64,000 bases of DNA from Cycas panzhihuaensis (lineage: Eukaryota; Plantae; Cycadophyta), in assembly GCA_023213395.1 (NCBI GenBank), contig CM041465.1, positions 104,787,741 to 104,851,740 of the forward strand, written 5' to 3'. Positions 63,577 through 64,000 of this stretch are shown here, in pieces; the first letter of the stretch is position 1; each line of letters opens with the position of its first letter. Made by a program: the position numbers and the translations under genes. The notes under the pieces were generated by a model, which did not search any database, had not been told where the DNA came from, and saw only the letters and a program-made list of their open reading frames with translations.

Positions 63577-64000
63577 TGTTGAAAAACAGAGCGGAATTAG
63601 GCAGAGGAAAGAATGTATGCTTGTTTATTGAGATTCAATCTGCTTAAGTACACAACAGTGATGTGATGGTTGCAACCACTAATGTAACCGATCACTCAGA
63701 TACTGCCAAGTGGCATGATCTTATGAGTACATTAAGGGTGGGTCTAACATGACCCCCTTTTCTCTCCTAGATAAAACATTATATTTCAACACCCCCTCTT
63801 AATGTTTTATCTCTAAAAGTCCTATCTTGTCTTTCAAATATCTGAGTCTTTCTCTTCCAAGAGGTTTTGTCAGAAGATCTGCAACTTGTTCAGATGTCGG
63901 ACAGTATTCCAAGTCTATCTCTTTATTCTGCACTTTTCTCTTATAAAGTGATGATGAACTTCAATATGTTTTGTTCTTGCATGTAGAATTGGATTTTTGG
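63577..64000 (-). mobile_element. 3' end of Ty1/copia element E10 (continues beyond window)
   Basis: Minus strand NPILHARTKHIEVHHHFIREK...QVADLLTKPLG. PPT 63792-63800. Candidate 215-bp LTR 63577-63791 bounded by TGTTGAAA...TTTCAACA. Confidence 0.85.

Noticed and set aside
58532-63749. Long LTR ending at GGGTCTAACA (63749)
   Set aside because: No TSD match. 63577-63791 is better explained as the E10 LTR with 8-bp terminal inverted repeats next to a PPT.

Overview
AT-rich, CpG-depleted eukaryotic DNA that is almost entirely a nested graveyard of LTR retrotransposons. It is most likely a large land-plant genome (gymnosperm-like element types; this is inference). I see no host gene, RNA gene or CRISPR array. 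Ten Ty1/copia insertions can be delimited. Five have two LTRs and a perfect 5-bp target-site duplication (4295-9538, 27187-31827, 40306-47204, 59594-62333) or a near-perfect one (20416-32410). Two more have two LTRs with a 4/5 or 3/5 TSD (33695-39834, 9698-15766), and three are truncated (1-2790, 52965-~58285, 63577-64000). There are also two Ty3/gypsy gag remnants, a copia gag stub, orphan LTRs and AT/AC microsatellites. Most ORF-track entries are fragments of these decayed gag-pol frames or antisense shadows. Most notable points: (i) the two best-preserved elements are related, Gag-less internal-deletion derivatives that share a short conserved motif just behind the PBS; (ii) one family carries a double PPT that suggests LTR replacement; (iii) U3 regions are built from strings of short palindromes; (iv) one Gag has a QQGGP(Y/F) heptad prion-like tail; (v) one element may have a decayed extra ORF upstream of gag. 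All identities and alignments were made by eye.
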